Assembly: GCA_038142325.1 (NCBI GenBank)
Contig: JAYQJW010000002.1
Coordinates: 555,328-619,327, forward strand
Length of the DNA stretch: 64,000 nucleotides
Direction of reading: 5' to 3'
Source of the DNA: Gammaproteobacteria bacterium
GTDB lineage: Bacteria; Pseudomonadota; Gammaproteobacteria; GCA-002705445; GCA-002716945
Shown: in pieces, positions 33,122 through 45,257 of the stretch
How the letters are laid out: each line of letters opens with the position of its first letter
How positions within the stretch are numbered: position 1 is the first letter of the stretch
Program-made: the position numbers and the translations under genes
The notes under the pieces: generated by a model
The model's database searches: none
Told to the model about the DNA's origin: nothing
The model's input: the letters and a program-made list of their open reading frames with translations, nothing else

Positions 33122-34320
33122 TTTTTTTATATTTTCTAGAAATATAGCTATCGATAATTGCAATAAACTGCTCTTTGATGTTGTCGCCTCTTAGGGTAGT
33201 AATTTTATTTCCATCCTCATAGACAGGTGCGCTAGGTGATTCGTTCGTTCCTGGTAGACTGATCCCAATATTTGCATGTTTTGATTCACCCGGTCCATTT
33301 ACAATACAACCCATGACGGCAATATTTATATTTTCAACATCTTTATACTTAGATTTCCAATCTATCATGTTGTTTTCTATATGATTATTTATATCTTTTG
33401 TGAGTTTTATAAAATAATTACTTGAAGTTCTTCCACAACCAGGGCAGGAAACTACTTTAGGTTTAAACTGTTTTAATTCTAAGCTTGATAAGATGTTTTT
33501 ACATACCTCTACCTCTTTAGTTCTAATTCCCATTTTATCTGGAGTAAGAGATACTCTTATTGTGTCTCCAATACCTTGATTTATGAGAATAGATAAAGCA
33601 GAGACTGAAGATATGATAGCTTCATCTCCCATACCTGCTTCAGTTAATCCTAAATGAAGAGGATATTTTACACTCTTGTGCGATCCTAGTGTATACATCA
33701 ACTAATTGCCTAACAGACGATACTTTACAAGATAGGATTATCTGATCACTTGGCAAACCTATTTCTTCAGCAAGACGTGCAGATTTTAAAACTGAGTCAA
33801 TTAAGCCTGATTTTATAATTTCCTCATAATTTTCACTTTTTTCACCTGATACTACAGTGTTTTCGAGATAAGCTTTGCTTAAGCTTCCCCAGTTACCACC
33901 AATCCTTACTGGTTTTTTGTTATCGATTGCTATTTGGATAATTTGTCTAAAATTGTCATCGCTCTTGGAATTACTAACATTACCTGGGTTAATGCGATAT
34001 TTATCTAGTGCTGCAGCAGTTTCACTATATTTACTTAGCAGTGTGTGCCCATTATAGTGAAAGTCACCTATTAGAGGAATATTATAATTAGATTTAAGCA
34101 ATAAATCCCTGATTTTTATGATATTTTCTGCACTTTTTTCATTGTTTACCGTTACACGCACAAGCTCAGAACCATTGTCGTACAATTCCATAATCTGATC
34201 AGCTGTTGCTTTGCTGTCTTCGGTCAATGTATTCGTCATGGATTGAATTCTTATAGGGTGTAAAGATCCAATCTCAACACCACCTACCTTGACGCTATAT
34301 GTTTCTCTTCTGTTTATCAT
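33114..34320 (-). CDS. ispG: HMBPP synthase IspG (frameshift near 33668)
   Basis: IQSMTNT, DFHYNGH, RINPGN, SCKVS | YPLHLGLTEAG, GIGDTIRVSL, SCPGCGRT, MGCIVNGPGE. Confidence 0.95.
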
Positions 34321-34347
34321 TAATGGTATTATAAATAATAGTTAGCT

Positions 34348-35340
34348 ATGTTAACAGAAAGAGAAAATTTAATAATCGAACATCTCGTTAAGGACTTTAT
34401 ATCCGCAGGCAAGCCGGTAAGCTCTGAAAGGTTATTAGAAAATTCGAAACTTGATTGTAGTGCAGCTACAATAAGAAAGGATCTTAATAATCTTGAATCA
34501 CAGGGTTTTATTGAATCTGCGCACACATCCTCTGGAAGAATACCAACTGTTCAAGGCTACAGGCACTACATAGATCATAATTTAAAAAGAAAACCCCTGT
34601 CTATAGCGGAGCAAAATTCAATTAAAAATCTTATTAAGTCTAATCTCAATGAAAAGTTAATTATCTCATCAACAAGTGAGTATATTTCTGAGCTATCTGA
34701 CTTTGCAGCAGTAATTGGCTTATTTAAAGATCATAAGAAAATATTTAATAAACTGGAGATTCATAAATTGTCTTCAACTAAAGCTCTTGCTGTAGTTTTA
34801 ATGGAAAACGATTATATTGATAATAAAATCATAGATATAAGCAATACATCTATAACTAAATTGAAATCATGCGTAAGTTATTTAAATGATAATTTTCCTG
34901 GAGTTGAGCTTGATAAAATACCATCTATTCTAACTCAAGGCCTTGATAACATTCGCGATGAAATAAACACTGCATTAAAGGTTTTAAACAATTTCATTTA
35001 CGTGCAATCTGATGATTTTGTAATGACTGGTCAAAAAAAACTTGTTGATTCATCAGAATTTTACTCTATCAAAAAAGTAAAAAATCTTATCGAATTATTC
35101 GAGAAAAAACAGATACTTAAAGATTTAATGTTAAAGTGTATTAAGAATGAAAGTATACAAATATATATTGGTGATGAAGCCGGTTCAGAGCTTTTAACTG
35201 ACTGTAGTTTGATTACTGCACCATATAGAAAAAATAAAGAAACGCTGGGTGTACTTGGAGTAGTAGGCCCAAAAAGAATGAATTATGAAAGAATAGTGGA
35301 GATTGTGGATTTTACTGCTAAAATATTTTCCAAAAATTAA
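34348..35340 (+). CDS. hrcA: Heat-inducible transcription repressor
   Basis: PVSS, SAATIR-DL, HTSSGRIPT-GYR, GVVGPKRMNY. Confidence 0.95.
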   Translation: MLTERENLIIEHLVKDFISAGKPVSSERLLENSKLDCSAATIRKDLNNLESQGFIESAHTSSGRIPTVQGYRHYIDHNLKRKPLSIAEQNSIKNLIKSNLNEKLIISSTSEYISELSDFAAVIGLFKDHKKIFNKLEIHKLSSTKALAVVLMENDYIDNKIIDISNTSITKLKSCVSYLNDNFPGVELDKIPSILTQGLDNIRDEINTALKVLNNFIYVQSDDFVMTGQKKLVDSSEFYSIKKVKNLIELFEKKQILKDLMLKCIKNESIQIYIGDEAGSELLTDCSLITAPYRKNKETLGVLGVVGPKRMNYERIVEIVDFTAKIFSKN

Positions 35341-35349
35341 CTTGAACAT

Positions 35350-35889
35350 ATGACAGAAGAAGAAATTTCCGAAAAGAAAAGGGATAATCAAAATCAGAAG
35401 GCGTCTAACACCGCCGCAGACAATAGCTCTGAACAACAAATTGAAGAAAAATCATGGGAAGAGAAGTACAACGAAACCTATGATGCTCTACTTAGAGCTA
35501 AAGCTGAAGTGGAGAATATCAAAAAAAGATCCGAAAAAGAGATAAGTAGCGCTTATAAATTCAGTACAGAGAATATCTTTTTAGAGTTGATACCAATATT
35601 TGAGTCTCTTGATATAGCTATTTCACAAGATGATTCTAAAATTACTAAAGAAAATCTCAATGAAGGTAATAAATTATTAAAAAGTATGTTTGATTCGTTG
35701 TTTGAAAAGAATTCTGTTCATGTAATCAACCCATTAAACGATAAATTTGATCCTAATCTGCATCAAGCTATCAAAACAGTCAAAGATGAGCAAAAAGAAA
35801 ATAACACTGTTCAAGAAGTTCTTCAAAAAGGTTACAAGTTAGTAGACAGAGTCATAAAACCTGCCTTAGTGGTCGTAATCAAGAATTAA
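35350..35889 (+). CDS. grpE: Nucleotide exchange factor GrpE
   Basis: LRAKAEVENIKKR, FDPNLHQA, QKGY-L-DRVIKPALV. Confidence 0.95.
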   Translation: MTEEEISEKKRDNQNQKASNTAADNSSEQQIEEKSWEEKYNETYDALLRAKAEVENIKKRSEKEISSAYKFSTENIFLELIPIFESLDIAISQDDSKITKENLNEGNKLLKSMFDSLFEKNSVHVINPLNDKFDPNLHQAIKTVKDEQKENNTVQEVLQKGYKLVDRVIKPALVVVIKN

Positions 35890-35893
35890 TTTA

Positions 35894-35921
35894 CTTGAAA
35901 TATACACATTCGTACCCATAT
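35894..35921 (+). promoter_or_regulatory. Sigma-32 (RpoH) promoter upstream of dnaK
   Basis: CTTGAAA-N14-CCCATAT, close to the RpoH consensus; AGGAG SD and GTG start follow. Confidence 0.8.
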
Positions 35922-35952
35922 TGCACATGTATAAATTACTTAGGAGATTATA

Positions 35953-37893
35953 GTGGCAATCATTGGTATAGATTTAGGTACAACTAATTCATGCGTATCC
36001 ATTATGGATGGCGATAAATCTAAAGTGATAGAAAATAGCGAGGGCGACAGAACTACACCTTCATACGTTGCTTTTACTGATGATAATGAAACTTTGGTAG
36101 GCCAGTCTGCTAAAAGACAAGCTGTTACAAATCCAACTAATACACTCTATGCGATTAAGCGTTTAATTGGCAGGAAGTTTGATGAGGATGCTGTCCAAAA
36201 AGATATCAAATTAGTGCCATATTCAATCGTCAAAAATACAAATGATGATGCCTGGGTAGAAGTCAACGGTAAAAAAATGGCTCCACCTGAAGTTTCTGCA
36301 AAAATTCTCATGAAAATGAAACAAACTGCAGAAGATTATCTAGGCTCTGAAGTTAAAGAAGCAGTTATAACTGTTCCTGCTTATTTTAATGATTCACAAA
36401 GACAAGCAACAAAAGACGCAGGCAAGATTGCAGGTCTTGATGTTAAGAGAATAATCAACGAGCCAACAGCAGCTGCTCTTGCATACGGACTCGATAAAGC
36501 ATCTAATGAAAAGAAAGTTGTGGTTTATGATCTAGGCGGAGGTACGTTTGATGTATCTATAATTGAGATGACAAAGATCGATGGCGAACAACAATTTGAA
36601 GTTCTTTCAACCAGTGGCGATACATTTCTGGGTGGAGAGGATTTTGATCTTAGATTGATTGATTACCTAGTTGATGAATTTAAAAAAGACCAAGGTATAG
36701 ATTTAAGACAAGATCCATTAGCTGTTCAAAGATTGAAAGAGGCAGCTGAGAAAGCAAAAATTGAATTATCATCAAGTACACAAACAGATATCAATCTTCC
36801 TTATGTGACAGCTGATGCATCAGGTCCTAAACATATGAACTTAAAACTAAGTAGGGCAAAATTGGAATCTTTAGTTGACGATCTTGTTCAAAAAACACTC
36901 GAACCATGTAAAACAGCACTAAAAGATGCCGGAATATCTGTAAGTGAAATCGGAGAAGTTATTTTAGTCGGTGGACAGACTCGTATGCCTAAAGTACAAG
37001 AGACCGTTAAAGACTTTTTTAACAGAGAGCCAAAAAAAGATGTTAACCCTGATGAGGCAGTTGCCATGGGAGCTGCTATTCAAGCTGGAGTTTTAGGCGG
37101 TGATGTAAAAGATGTACTGCTACTTGATGTGACACCTTTAACTTTGGGTATTGAGACTATGGGTGGAGTAAGAACACCTCTCATAGATAAAAACACAACA
37201 ATTCCTACTAAAAAATCACAAGTTTTTTCAACTGCTGAAGATAATCAACCTGCAGTTACAGTACACGTACTCCAAGGTGAGAGAGAAGTTGCATCAGGTA
37301 ACAAATCTCTGGGAAAATTTGATTTGTCCGATATTCCTCCCGCGCCAAGAGGTACCCCTCAAATTGAAGTAACTTTTGATATCGATGCAAACGGAATACT
37401 TAATGTTTCTGCAAAAGATAAAGCTACTGGAAAAGAGCAATCGATAATAATTAAAGCTTCAAGCGGATTAAGCGAAGAAGAAATTAATAATATGGTTAAA
37501 GATGCTGAAAAACATGCAGAAGAAGATAAAAAAGTTAAAGAACTTGTTGATGCTAAAAATCAAGCTGAAGCTATGATCAATGGATCTGAAAAAGCGATTA
37601 AAGATCTTGGTGATAAAGCAGACAAAGCTGATGTTGAGGCAACAAATAAAGCAATTGAAGACCTAAAAGAAGCTATCAAAACAGATGAAATTGATAAAAT
37701 AAAAGATCTTACAATGAAGCTTACAGAGGTAGCTGGAAAAATTGCTCAACAAGCTTATCAAGAGCAAGCTCAAGCTGGTCAAGCTGATGCAACAGACGGT
37801 AAATCTGAAGCAGGTGGAAATAAAGATGCGGTTGATGCAGAGTTCACAGAAGTAGACGATAATAAAGACGAACCTAAAGAAAATACTAAGTAA
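35953..37893 (+). CDS. dnaK: Chaperone DnaK
   Basis: [25 protein letters not shown]. Confidence 0.99.
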   Translation: MAIIGIDLGTTNSCVSIMDGDKSKVIENSEGDRTTPSYVAFTDDNETLVGQSAKRQAVTNPTNTLYAIKRLIGRKFDEDAVQKDIKLVPYSIVKNTNDDAWVEVNGKKMAPPEVSAKILMKMKQTAEDYLGSEVKEAVITVPAYFNDSQRQATKDAGKIAGLDVKRIINEPTAAALAYGLDKASNEKKVVVYDLGGGTFDVSIIEMTKIDGEQQFEVLSTSGDTFLGGEDFDLRLIDYLVDEFKKDQGIDLRQDPLAVQRLKEAAEKAKIELSSSTQTDINLPYVTADASGPKHMNLKLSRAKLESLVDDLVQKTLEPCKTALKDAGISVSEIGEVILVGGQTRMPKVQETVKDFFNREPKKDVNPDEAVAMGAAIQAGVLGGDVKDVLLLDVTPLTLGIETMGGVRTPLIDKNTTIPTKKSQVFSTAEDNQPAVTVHVLQGEREVASGNKSLGKFDLSDIPPAPRGTPQIEVTFDIDANGILNVSAKDKATGKEQSIIIKASSGLSEEEINNMVKDAEKHAEEDKKVKELVDAKNQAEAMINGSEKAIKDLGDKADKADVEATNKAIEDLKEAIKTDEIDKIKDLTMKLTEVAGKIAQQAYQEQAQAGQADATDGKSEAGGNKDAVDAEFTEVDDNKDEPKENTK

Positions 37894-39011
37894 TGGCCAA
37901 AGCCGATTACTATACTTTGCTTGGCGTTTCTCGAGACGCATCTGATCAAGATCTCAAAAGAGCCTATAAGAAATTAGCAATGAAATATCATCCTGACAGA
38001 AATCAGGGCGATAAAGATGCTGAAAAAAAATTCAAAGAAGTCTCTGAAGCATATGAGGTTTTATCTGATCAAAGTAAAAGGCAAGCATATGACCAGTTTG
38101 GCCATGATGGATTAGATCAACGCTTTGGCCAAGGCGGAGGTTTTCAAGGCGGGTCCTTTAACGATATTTTCGGTGATGTCTTTGGTGATATTTTTGGAGG
38201 AGGATCAAGATCACAAAATAGAGCAAGAAGAGGCTCTGATTTAGAATACAGAATAGAAATTTCTTTAGAAGATGCTATCAAAGGTAAAGAAATAAAAATA
38301 AGTGTCCCACGACGTGTGAGCTGTAAGTCGTGTAATGGTAATGGCGCAAAAAATGGTACTGCGCTGAAGACATGTAATCATTGTAATGGCCAAGGGCAAG
38401 TTAGAGTAAGCCAAGGATTTTTTTCAGTTCAACAAACATGTCCTGTATGCAAAGGTAGAGGACAGATAATAGAAGAAAACTGTCCAGATTGTAGCGGATC
38501 TGGCTTTATACAAGAAACTAAAAAATTAGCTGTCAAAATTCCAGCTGGTGTAGATAATGGAGACCAAATCAGACTATCTGGGGAAGGTGAAGGCGGACCA
38601 AATAATGGAGTCTCAGGAGATCTGTTTGTATCTGTTAGCGTTAAACCTCATAAATTTTTCCAAAGAGATGGAGATGATATATTATGCGAAGTTCCTATCA
38701 GTTTTACATCTGCTACACTCGGAGATAAAATTGTCCTTCCTACACTTGAAGGTAAAGTCGAGTTAACTGTTCCCGCTGGAACTCAAAGTGGTCGCGCATT
38801 CAGAATAAAAAATAAAGGTGTTAAATCAGTAAGATCGTCATATAAAGGAGATTTATATTGTAAAGTAAATATAGAAACACCTGTTAATTTAACTAAAGAA
38901 CAAAAAGAACTATTAAATAAACTTGACGAATCTTTTTCTAAAAGTAAATCTAAGCATAGGCCAAATGAAAAATCATGGCTCGATGGAATTAAAGAATTTT
39001 TTGACAAATGA
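37893..39011 (+). CDS. dnaJ: Chaperone DnaJ
   Basis: HPD J-domain, G/F region, four CxxCxGxG repeats. Confidence 0.98.
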   Translation: MAKADYYTLLGVSRDASDQDLKRAYKKLAMKYHPDRNQGDKDAEKKFKEVSEAYEVLSDQSKRQAYDQFGHDGLDQRFGQGGGFQGGSFNDIFGDVFGDIFGGGSRSQNRARRGSDLEYRIEISLEDAIKGKEIKISVPRRVSCKSCNGNGAKNGTALKTCNHCNGQGQVRVSQGFFSVQQTCPVCKGRGQIIEENCPDCSGSGFIQETKKLAVKIPAGVDNGDQIRLSGEGEGGPNNGVSGDLFVSVSVKPHKFFQRDGDDILCEVPISFTSATLGDKIVLPTLEGKVELTVPAGTQSGRAFRIKNKGVKSVRSSYKGDLYCKVNIETPVNLTKEQKELLNKLDESFSKSKSKHRPNEKSWLDGIKEFFDK

Positions 39012-39730
39012 ATAATAGCAAGATAGCAATCAATGGTTTTTATGGGAGAATGGGTCAAGCGATTTTTAATTTATCTCTAGAGAATAAATTTATAGTATCT
39101 GTAGGTATAGATAAGAAAGATAAACTTGAGACTATCGAAGGTTTAAAATTATCAGAATCTTTAACTGAACTTAAAGAATTCTATGATGTTGTGATAGATT
39201 TTTCACTGCCCGAACCTTCTGTTAAAGCGGTGAAAGAATGTGAGTCTCTAGGCAAACCTATGACTATAGGAACGACTGGATTCACTGACGAACAAAAAAA
39301 GATAATTGCTGACGCTAGCAAAAATATTCCTATTTTACTTGCACCAAACATGAGTAAGGGCGTCAATGCATCCCTACAAAGCATTTCAGATTTATCTCGC
39401 CTGTTATCAGATTATGAGGTGAGCATTGAAGAAACACATCATAAAAATAAAGTTGATTCACCATCCGGCACTGCTTTAAAAATTGCTGAAGTTGTGGCAG
39501 ATGCTAAAAATCTCGAAAAGTCTGATATAAATATAACCTCTTATAGAGAAGAGGGAGAAATTGGTGTTCATAAAACTGTTTTTAAATCCGATGATGATGA
39601 AATTATAATTTATCATAATGCATTCAATAGAAAGATATTTGCAAAAGGCGCTCTAGAAACCTCTCAATGGATTGCTAAACAAAAACCCGGTCTTTATACG
39701 TATAAAAATTTTATGGAGGATATTACGTGA
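39008..39730 (+). CDS. dapB: 4-hydroxy-tetrahydrodipicolinate reductase
   Basis: [30 protein letters not shown]. Confidence 0.95.
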   Translation: MNNSKIAINGFYGRMGQAIFNLSLENKFIVSVGIDKKDKLETIEGLKLSESLTELKEFYDVVIDFSLPEPSVKAVKECESLGKPMTIGTTGFTDEQKKIIADASKNIPILLAPNMSKGVNASLQSISDLSRLLSDYEVSIEETHHKNKVDSPSGTALKIAEVVADAKNLEKSDINITSYREEGEIGVHKTVFKSDDDEIIIYHNAFNRKIFAKGALETSQWIAKQKPGLYTYKNFMEDIT

Positions 39731-40653
39731 ATTTAGCATTAGCATTCCCTGGGCAAGGCTCTCAGTCAAAAAATATGCTCTCAGACTTTATTGGTGATAC
39801 TGATTTTAAAGAAATTATATCTCAAGCATCTGATATCCTTGGCTATGACATAGAAAAAATTGTAGAAGATGAGGAAAAAATCAACAACACAATTTATACA
39901 CAGCCAGTTATGCTTGCCACATCATATGCCATGTGGGTATTAATGAAAAAATATTTAAATCTAAAAATATGTATCGGTGCTGGACACAGTCTCGGAGAAT
40001 ATTCTGCGCTGGTTGCAAATGATTCAATATCATTTAAAGACGGTTTATCGATAGTAAAAAAACGTGCTGAACTAATGTCAAATGCAATGCGTGGCATCGA
40101 TGGAGCAATGGCAGCTATTATTGGATTAAGCGGTAATGAAGTTGATGAGATATGTAAACAGCTTTCTAATCAAGATTCAATTATTGAAGCTGTTAACTTT
40201 AATTGTCCTGGGCAAACAGTTATTGCTGGCCATTCTAAAGCTATTGATGATGCAACTCAAAAGCTCAAAGACGCTGGTGCAAAAATTGTTAAAAAACTTC
40301 CTGTCTCACTTGCAGCACATACATCGTTACTTAGACCTGTTGCAGATGAGCTGAAAGATGAATTAAGTAAAATAAATATAAATTTAACTACATCTTTTGA
40401 TGTAGTTCATAATTATGACTTATCAGTGTCTGAAAATATTGAATGTCGAGTAAATGCATTATCCATGCAAGTTTGTTCGCCAGTTAGATGGATTGAGACA
40501 CTAGAATTATTTAACAAAAAGAATGTCACCGATATCATTGAGGTAGGCTCGGGTAATGTTCTTTCAGGTCTTGTTAAAAGATTTGATAAATCAATTAATA
40601 TGCATTCAATTAATAATATTGAAGATATCAATATTCTCAAGCAAACATTATAA
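39727..40653 (+). CDS. fabD: Malonyl-CoA:ACP transacylase
   Basis: FPGQGSQ, GHSLGEYSAL, SPVRW. Confidence 0.96.
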   Translation: MNLALAFPGQGSQSKNMLSDFIGDTDFKEIISQASDILGYDIEKIVEDEEKINNTIYTQPVMLATSYAMWVLMKKYLNLKICIGAGHSLGEYSALVANDSISFKDGLSIVKKRAELMSNAMRGIDGAMAAIIGLSGNEVDEICKQLSNQDSIIEAVNFNCPGQTVIAGHSKAIDDATQKLKDAGAKIVKKLPVSLAAHTSLLRPVADELKDELSKININLTTSFDVVHNYDLSVSENIECRVNALSMQVCSPVRWIETLELFNKKNVTDIIEVGSGNVLSGLVKRFDKSINMHSINNIEDINILKQTL

Positions 40654-40659
40654 TAAGCT

Positions 40660-41389
40660 ATGGACAATAAAGTTGTTTTAATAACTGGAGCGAATCGAGG
40701 AATAGGTGAGAGCATTCTCCATAGACTCGATGCAGATGGCTATTTAGTTGTCGGAAGCTCTAGATCCAACGAAGGAGTTGAAAAAATAACTAGTGAAATA
40801 AAGAAGTCTAATGGCAAAGGCATTCAAATGGATGTAACTGATCAGAAATCAATTGATGACGCCATTGATTGTATAAAAAAAGATTTTGGCCCAATTTTCG
40901 GACTGATTAATAATGCAGGAATAACTAATGACAATCTTCTTATGAGAATGTCTGATGAACAATGGTCTTCTGTAATTGATTCGAATTTGAATTCACTCTT
41001 TAGAGTCACAAAATCAATTGTCAAAGATATGATGAAAGCTAGAGTAGGTCGCATTATCAATATAGGGTCAATTGTTGGTATGATGGGAAACGCAGGTCAA
41101 TCTAATTATTCAGCTACAAAATCTGGACTATTAGGTTTTACTAAATCACTTGCGAGAGAATTATCTTCAAGAAACATAAATGTAAATTCTATTTCACCTG
41201 GTTTTATAAATACTGATATGACCAAAGCATTATCTGAGGATCAAATTGATGCTCTTTCGAAAAATATACCGCTTAATAGAATTGCCGAACCATCTGAGAT
41301 TGCAAGTGTTGTATCCTTTTTTATTATCAGATGATTCTTCATACATTACAGGTGAAAATATTAATGTAAATGGCGGCTTATATATGTAA
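40660..41389 (+). CDS. fabG: 3-oxoacyl-ACP reductase (frameshift in poly-T near 41318)
   Basis: TGANRGIG, NNAGIT, YSATK; the alternative frame completes SDDSSYITGENINVNGGLYM*. Confidence 0.95.
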
Positions 41390-41437
41390 GAATACATATA
41401 ATTTTAATTGAAATTATTTCATGAGGAGAAATCAATA

Positions 41438-41671
41438 ATGAGCAGTATAGAGGAAAGAGTAAAAAATATTATAGTTACTCAACTGGGTGTAAAAGAAGAC
41501 GAAGTTAAAAATGAATCAAAATTTATTGATGATTTAGGGGCTGATTCTCTTGATACTGTAGAACTAGTAATGGCTCTAGAAGAAGAGTTTGAAACTGAAA
41601 TTCCTGATGAGGAAGCTGAAAAAATAACATCTGTTCAAGAAGCAATAGATTATATAAACGCTAATCAATAA
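41438..41671 (+). CDS. acpP: Acyl carrier protein
   Basis: [20 protein letters not shown]; GAGGAG SD before ATG 41438. Confidence 0.98.
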   Translation: MSSIEERVKNIIVTQLGVKEDEVKNESKFIDDLGADSLDTVELVMALEEEFETEIPDEEAEKITSVQEAIDYINANQ

Positions 41672-41673
41672 TT

Positions 41674-42918
41674 ATGTCTAAAAAACGTGTCGTAGTAACT
41701 GGCATAGGCTGTCTTACAGCCATTGGTTGTAACAAAAATGACTTCTGGAGCTCTTTGATTGAGGGTAAATCTGGCGCAAAAACAATTGATTTTCTTGACG
41801 CTGAGAATCTACCTGTAAAATTCTCTGCATCTGTTAAAGACTTTGATTCTGAGAAATATTTTGACAGAAAAGATCAAAAGAAAATGGACATATTCATGCA
41901 GTATGGGATGGCTGCTGGCATAGATGCAGTGACTGACTCAAAGCTTCTTGATTGTGATTTCGATGCTAACAGAGTCGGTGTATCAATTGGATCTGGTATT
42001 GGTGGTCTACCTAATATTGAAAATACAAGAGATACATTTAAAAAGAGTGGAGCTAGAAGAATATCTCCATTTTTTGTTCCTGCAAGTATAATCAATATGA
42101 TTTCTGGTAACTTATCAATTAAATATGGTTTTAAAGGCCCTAATTTATCAATTGTAACAGCGTGCACTACCGGCACACACAACATCGGAGAAGGTTTTAG
42201 GCAAATACAATATTCTCATGCAGATGTAATGGTTTGTGGCGGCGCTGAAATGGCAACGTCTGATCTCGGCGTTGGTGGTTTTGCTGCAGCAAGAGCTCTT
42301 TCTACTCGAAATGATTCACCTGAAACAGCAAGTAGGCCATGGGATAAAGATAGAGATGGTTTTGTATTAGGAGATGGTGCGGGCGTATTGGTCCTTGAAG
42401 AATTAGAACATGCTATGAAAAGAGGAGCGCATATATATGCTGAGATTAATGGTTATGGCATGAGTGCAGATGCGTTCCATATGACTTTACCATCAGAAAG
42501 CGGGGAGGGCGCTTCTAGATGTATGTCACTAGCTCTACAAGATGCTGCACTAGACCCTTGTAAAATTGATTATATTAATGCACATGGAACATCTACACCT
42601 GCTGGAGACATATTAGAGCTCAAAGCCATAAAGAAAACCTTTGGTGATCATTCAAAAAATCTAATAATTAACTCTACTAAATCTATGATTGGACACTTAT
42701 TGGGTGCGGCTGGTGGTGTTGAAGCGATTGTGTGCATACTCTCAATAGAAAATAAGAAAATTCATCAAACAATAAATATTGAAAATTTAGATGAAGAATG
42801 TGATTTAAATGTTAATCATATGTCATCAGTTGATTGTGATATTAATTATGCCTTATCAAATTCATTTGGCTTTGGCGGTACAAATGGATCTTTAATATTT
42901 TCTAAATTTAAAGATTAG
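41674..42918 (+). CDS. fabF: Beta-ketoacyl-ACP synthase II
   Basis: TACTTGTH, NAHGTST, KSMIGHLLGAAG, NSFGFGGTN. Confidence 0.97.
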   Translation: MSKKRVVVTGIGCLTAIGCNKNDFWSSLIEGKSGAKTIDFLDAENLPVKFSASVKDFDSEKYFDRKDQKKMDIFMQYGMAAGIDAVTDSKLLDCDFDANRVGVSIGSGIGGLPNIENTRDTFKKSGARRISPFFVPASIINMISGNLSIKYGFKGPNLSIVTACTTGTHNIGEGFRQIQYSHADVMVCGGAEMATSDLGVGGFAAARALSTRNDSPETASRPWDKDRDGFVLGDGAGVLVLEELEHAMKRGAHIYAEINGYGMSADAFHMTLPSESGEGASRCMSLALQDAALDPCKIDYINAHGTSTPAGDILELKAIKKTFGDHSKNLIINSTKSMIGHLLGAAGGVEAIVCILSIENKKIHQTINIENLDEECDLNVNHMSSVDCDINYALSNSFGFGGTNGSLIFSKFKD

Positions 42919-42924
42919 TATAAT

Positions 42925-43734
42925 TTGCAACCTACTATAATTATAAATCCAAGAACAGTTCCAATCACCGACAGAGCTTTTAATTATGGTGACGGCCTAT
43001 TCGAAACTATTCTAGTTAAAGACGGACAACCAAAATATCTTGCTCAACATATAAAAAGATTACACTTAGGTTGCTCTAAATTAACAATAGTCAAACCAAC
43101 AATAAAAACAATTGAAAATGCAGTTAGAAAATCTATTGGAAGAACTAAAGGTTGTATCATTAAGATAATACTTAGCCGAGGCCTGTCGCATCATGGATAC
43201 TCTTTTGATATCAAAACAAAACCAAGATTATATGTCATCAAAAAAAATAAAAAGAATATTATTAATAATCGCCCAATAACACTTGGTTATTCAAGATATA
43301 CCGTTAGTGATAATTCTTATCTATCAAAAATTAAGCACTTAAATAGAATTGAACAAATTCTTGGACTTACAATGTCTTCTAAATCTCAATTTGATGATTT
43401 CATTTTACTAAATAAGAAAAAATATATCATAGAGACAATCTCCTCTAATATATTTTTCTATAATAATAAAAATAATAATTTGAATTTTTACACTCCTGAT
43501 TTATCTGATTGTGGTGTTGATGGAATAATGAAAAATATAATAATTAAATTCTTAAAAAGGAATAAAATAAAAATTATAGAAAGAAAAATTAAAGAAAATA
43601 CAATAAAAAACTATGATGGAGCTTTTATTTGTAATTCTATAACCGGAATTCGATTTATTAAAAAGATAGATAAATATAATTTTAAATATCCTGATAAAAT
43701 TAAGATGTTATTTCATGAGTTTATCTATGAGTAA
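42925..43734 (+). CDS. pabC: 4-amino-4-deoxychorismate lyase
   Basis: DRAFNYGDGLFET, KHLNR, GVDGI; conserved position after fabF. Confidence 0.88.
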   Translation: MQPTIIINPRTVPITDRAFNYGDGLFETILVKDGQPKYLAQHIKRLHLGCSKLTIVKPTIKTIENAVRKSIGRTKGCIIKIILSRGLSHHGYSFDIKTKPRLYVIKKNKKNIINNRPITLGYSRYTVSDNSYLSKIKHLNRIEQILGLTMSSKSQFDDFILLNKKKYIIETISSNIFFYNNKNNNLNFYTPDLSDCGVDGIMKNIIIKFLKRNKIKIIERKIKENTIKNYDGAFICNSITGIRFIKKIDKYNFKYPDKIKMLFHEFIYE

Positions 43735-44338
43735 ATTTATAGTTATAGAAGGTAGTGAAGGAGTCGGCAAATCCTCACAAATACAGACTATACAAACATA
43801 CTTGGAAGAACGAAAAATAAAGTATGTGCTTACCCGTGAACCTGGAGGTACTGAATTAGGAGAATCAATAAGGTCAATCATATTAGATGAAAAAAATAAT
43901 ACAGATGATATTTCAGATTCTTTATTATTCTATGCAGCAAGGTACGAGAATTTAAAAAAAATAATTATCCCAGCATTAGAAAGAGGCTAGCGTAGTAATC
44001 TCCGACAGATTTCATTACTCAACTCTAGTATATCAAGGTATAGTTGGTAACAACAAAATTGTAGAAAAGATACATTTTGCTTTTGATGAAATATTTTCAA
44101 ATATAATCAATCATGTTATTTATTTTTATACAACACCAGAAATAAGTTTTGAAAGAATCTCTAAAAGAAGTAAGACAGATAAATTCGAGAGTAGAGGCAT
44201 AGAATATTTAAAAGATATATTACAAGGATATGAATCAGTATTCTCTGACATAGATAATGTTATTAAAATTGATACTTCAATGATAAAAATATCACTAAGA
44301 AAAATTTAATTTCACATTTGGATAAAATATTTTCATGA
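43727..44338 (+). CDS. tmk: Thymidylate kinase (two frameshifts, ~43987 and ~44280)
   Basis: IEGSEGVGKS, TREPGGT; the next frame continues VVISDRFHYSTLVYQG...DKFE. Confidence 0.9.
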
Positions 44339-45239
44339 TTTCATTAGATAAATTCACAATCGACAATATACCAAGGAATTATTTAATATCTTCTAATAAT
44401 ATTCATGGGCGATATGAATTTGTATTAAATAAAATATGTGAATTTATGAAAATTCTACCTGACAAGATTTATAACTGTCCTGACATACATTATGTCTCTC
44501 TGCCAAAGACTGAGACTAATGGAAAAATTATTTCGTCTGTTACTAATGATGATCTAATACTGAAATCTTATGGAATATTAGATAAAGATGAACTGAAAAG
44601 AATTGGAAATGAGATAACAATAAATCAAATCAGGGAAATCATTACATTTACACAAATATCTGCTACAAAGATAAAAAAATTGTTTTGATTAATAATGCAT
44701 CATCTATGAACAAGGAGGCATCATCAGCATTGTTAAAAACATTAGAGGAGGTGGTCTCAAACTGTTCATTCATCTTGCTATGTAACTCAGGCCATGAAGT
44801 ACAAGAAACTATAAGAAGTCGCTGTCAACATCTTGATATTGATGACAACTCATCTTATGAAATAAATTGTAGTTTCCAGAGCTTTTTCTTTTTAAAACAT
44901 TCTTTCCTAGTTAACCTTAAGAAGGAATATGATTTAGAAAATATTATAGAAACCATTATTCAGGATTTTGAATCTCTTTTATTGAATAAACTTGATCCAT
45001 TAGATGCATCAAATAATTGGAGTAAACATCATATTAATCTTTTACTTATTATCATAAAAGAATACCTAATATTTTCATCTAAAAAAATATTATTAAATAA
45101 TGATTATGAGTCAAGAGCACAAGTTTTAAAAAAATATTCAAACTTATATAAAAAAATTCCAGCAATTTCGAATGACCTTCTGATGAATATAAATTCTAAG
45201 TATTTATTGAATAATCTTGCAATTGAAATAGCAGCATAA
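44335..45239 (+). CDS. holB: DNA polymerase III delta-prime, divergent (frameshift near 44665)
   Basis: ITINQIRE | KIVLINNA-SMN-EASSALLKTLEE...TIRSRCQ; follows tmk. Confidence 0.85.
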
Positions 45240-45257
45240 TCATAATAATATCCAAAT

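Noticed and set aside
34321-35952. CIRCE operator for HrcA
   Set aside because: No TTAGCACTC-N9-GAGTGCTAA-like sequence found upstream of hrcA, grpE or dnaK.
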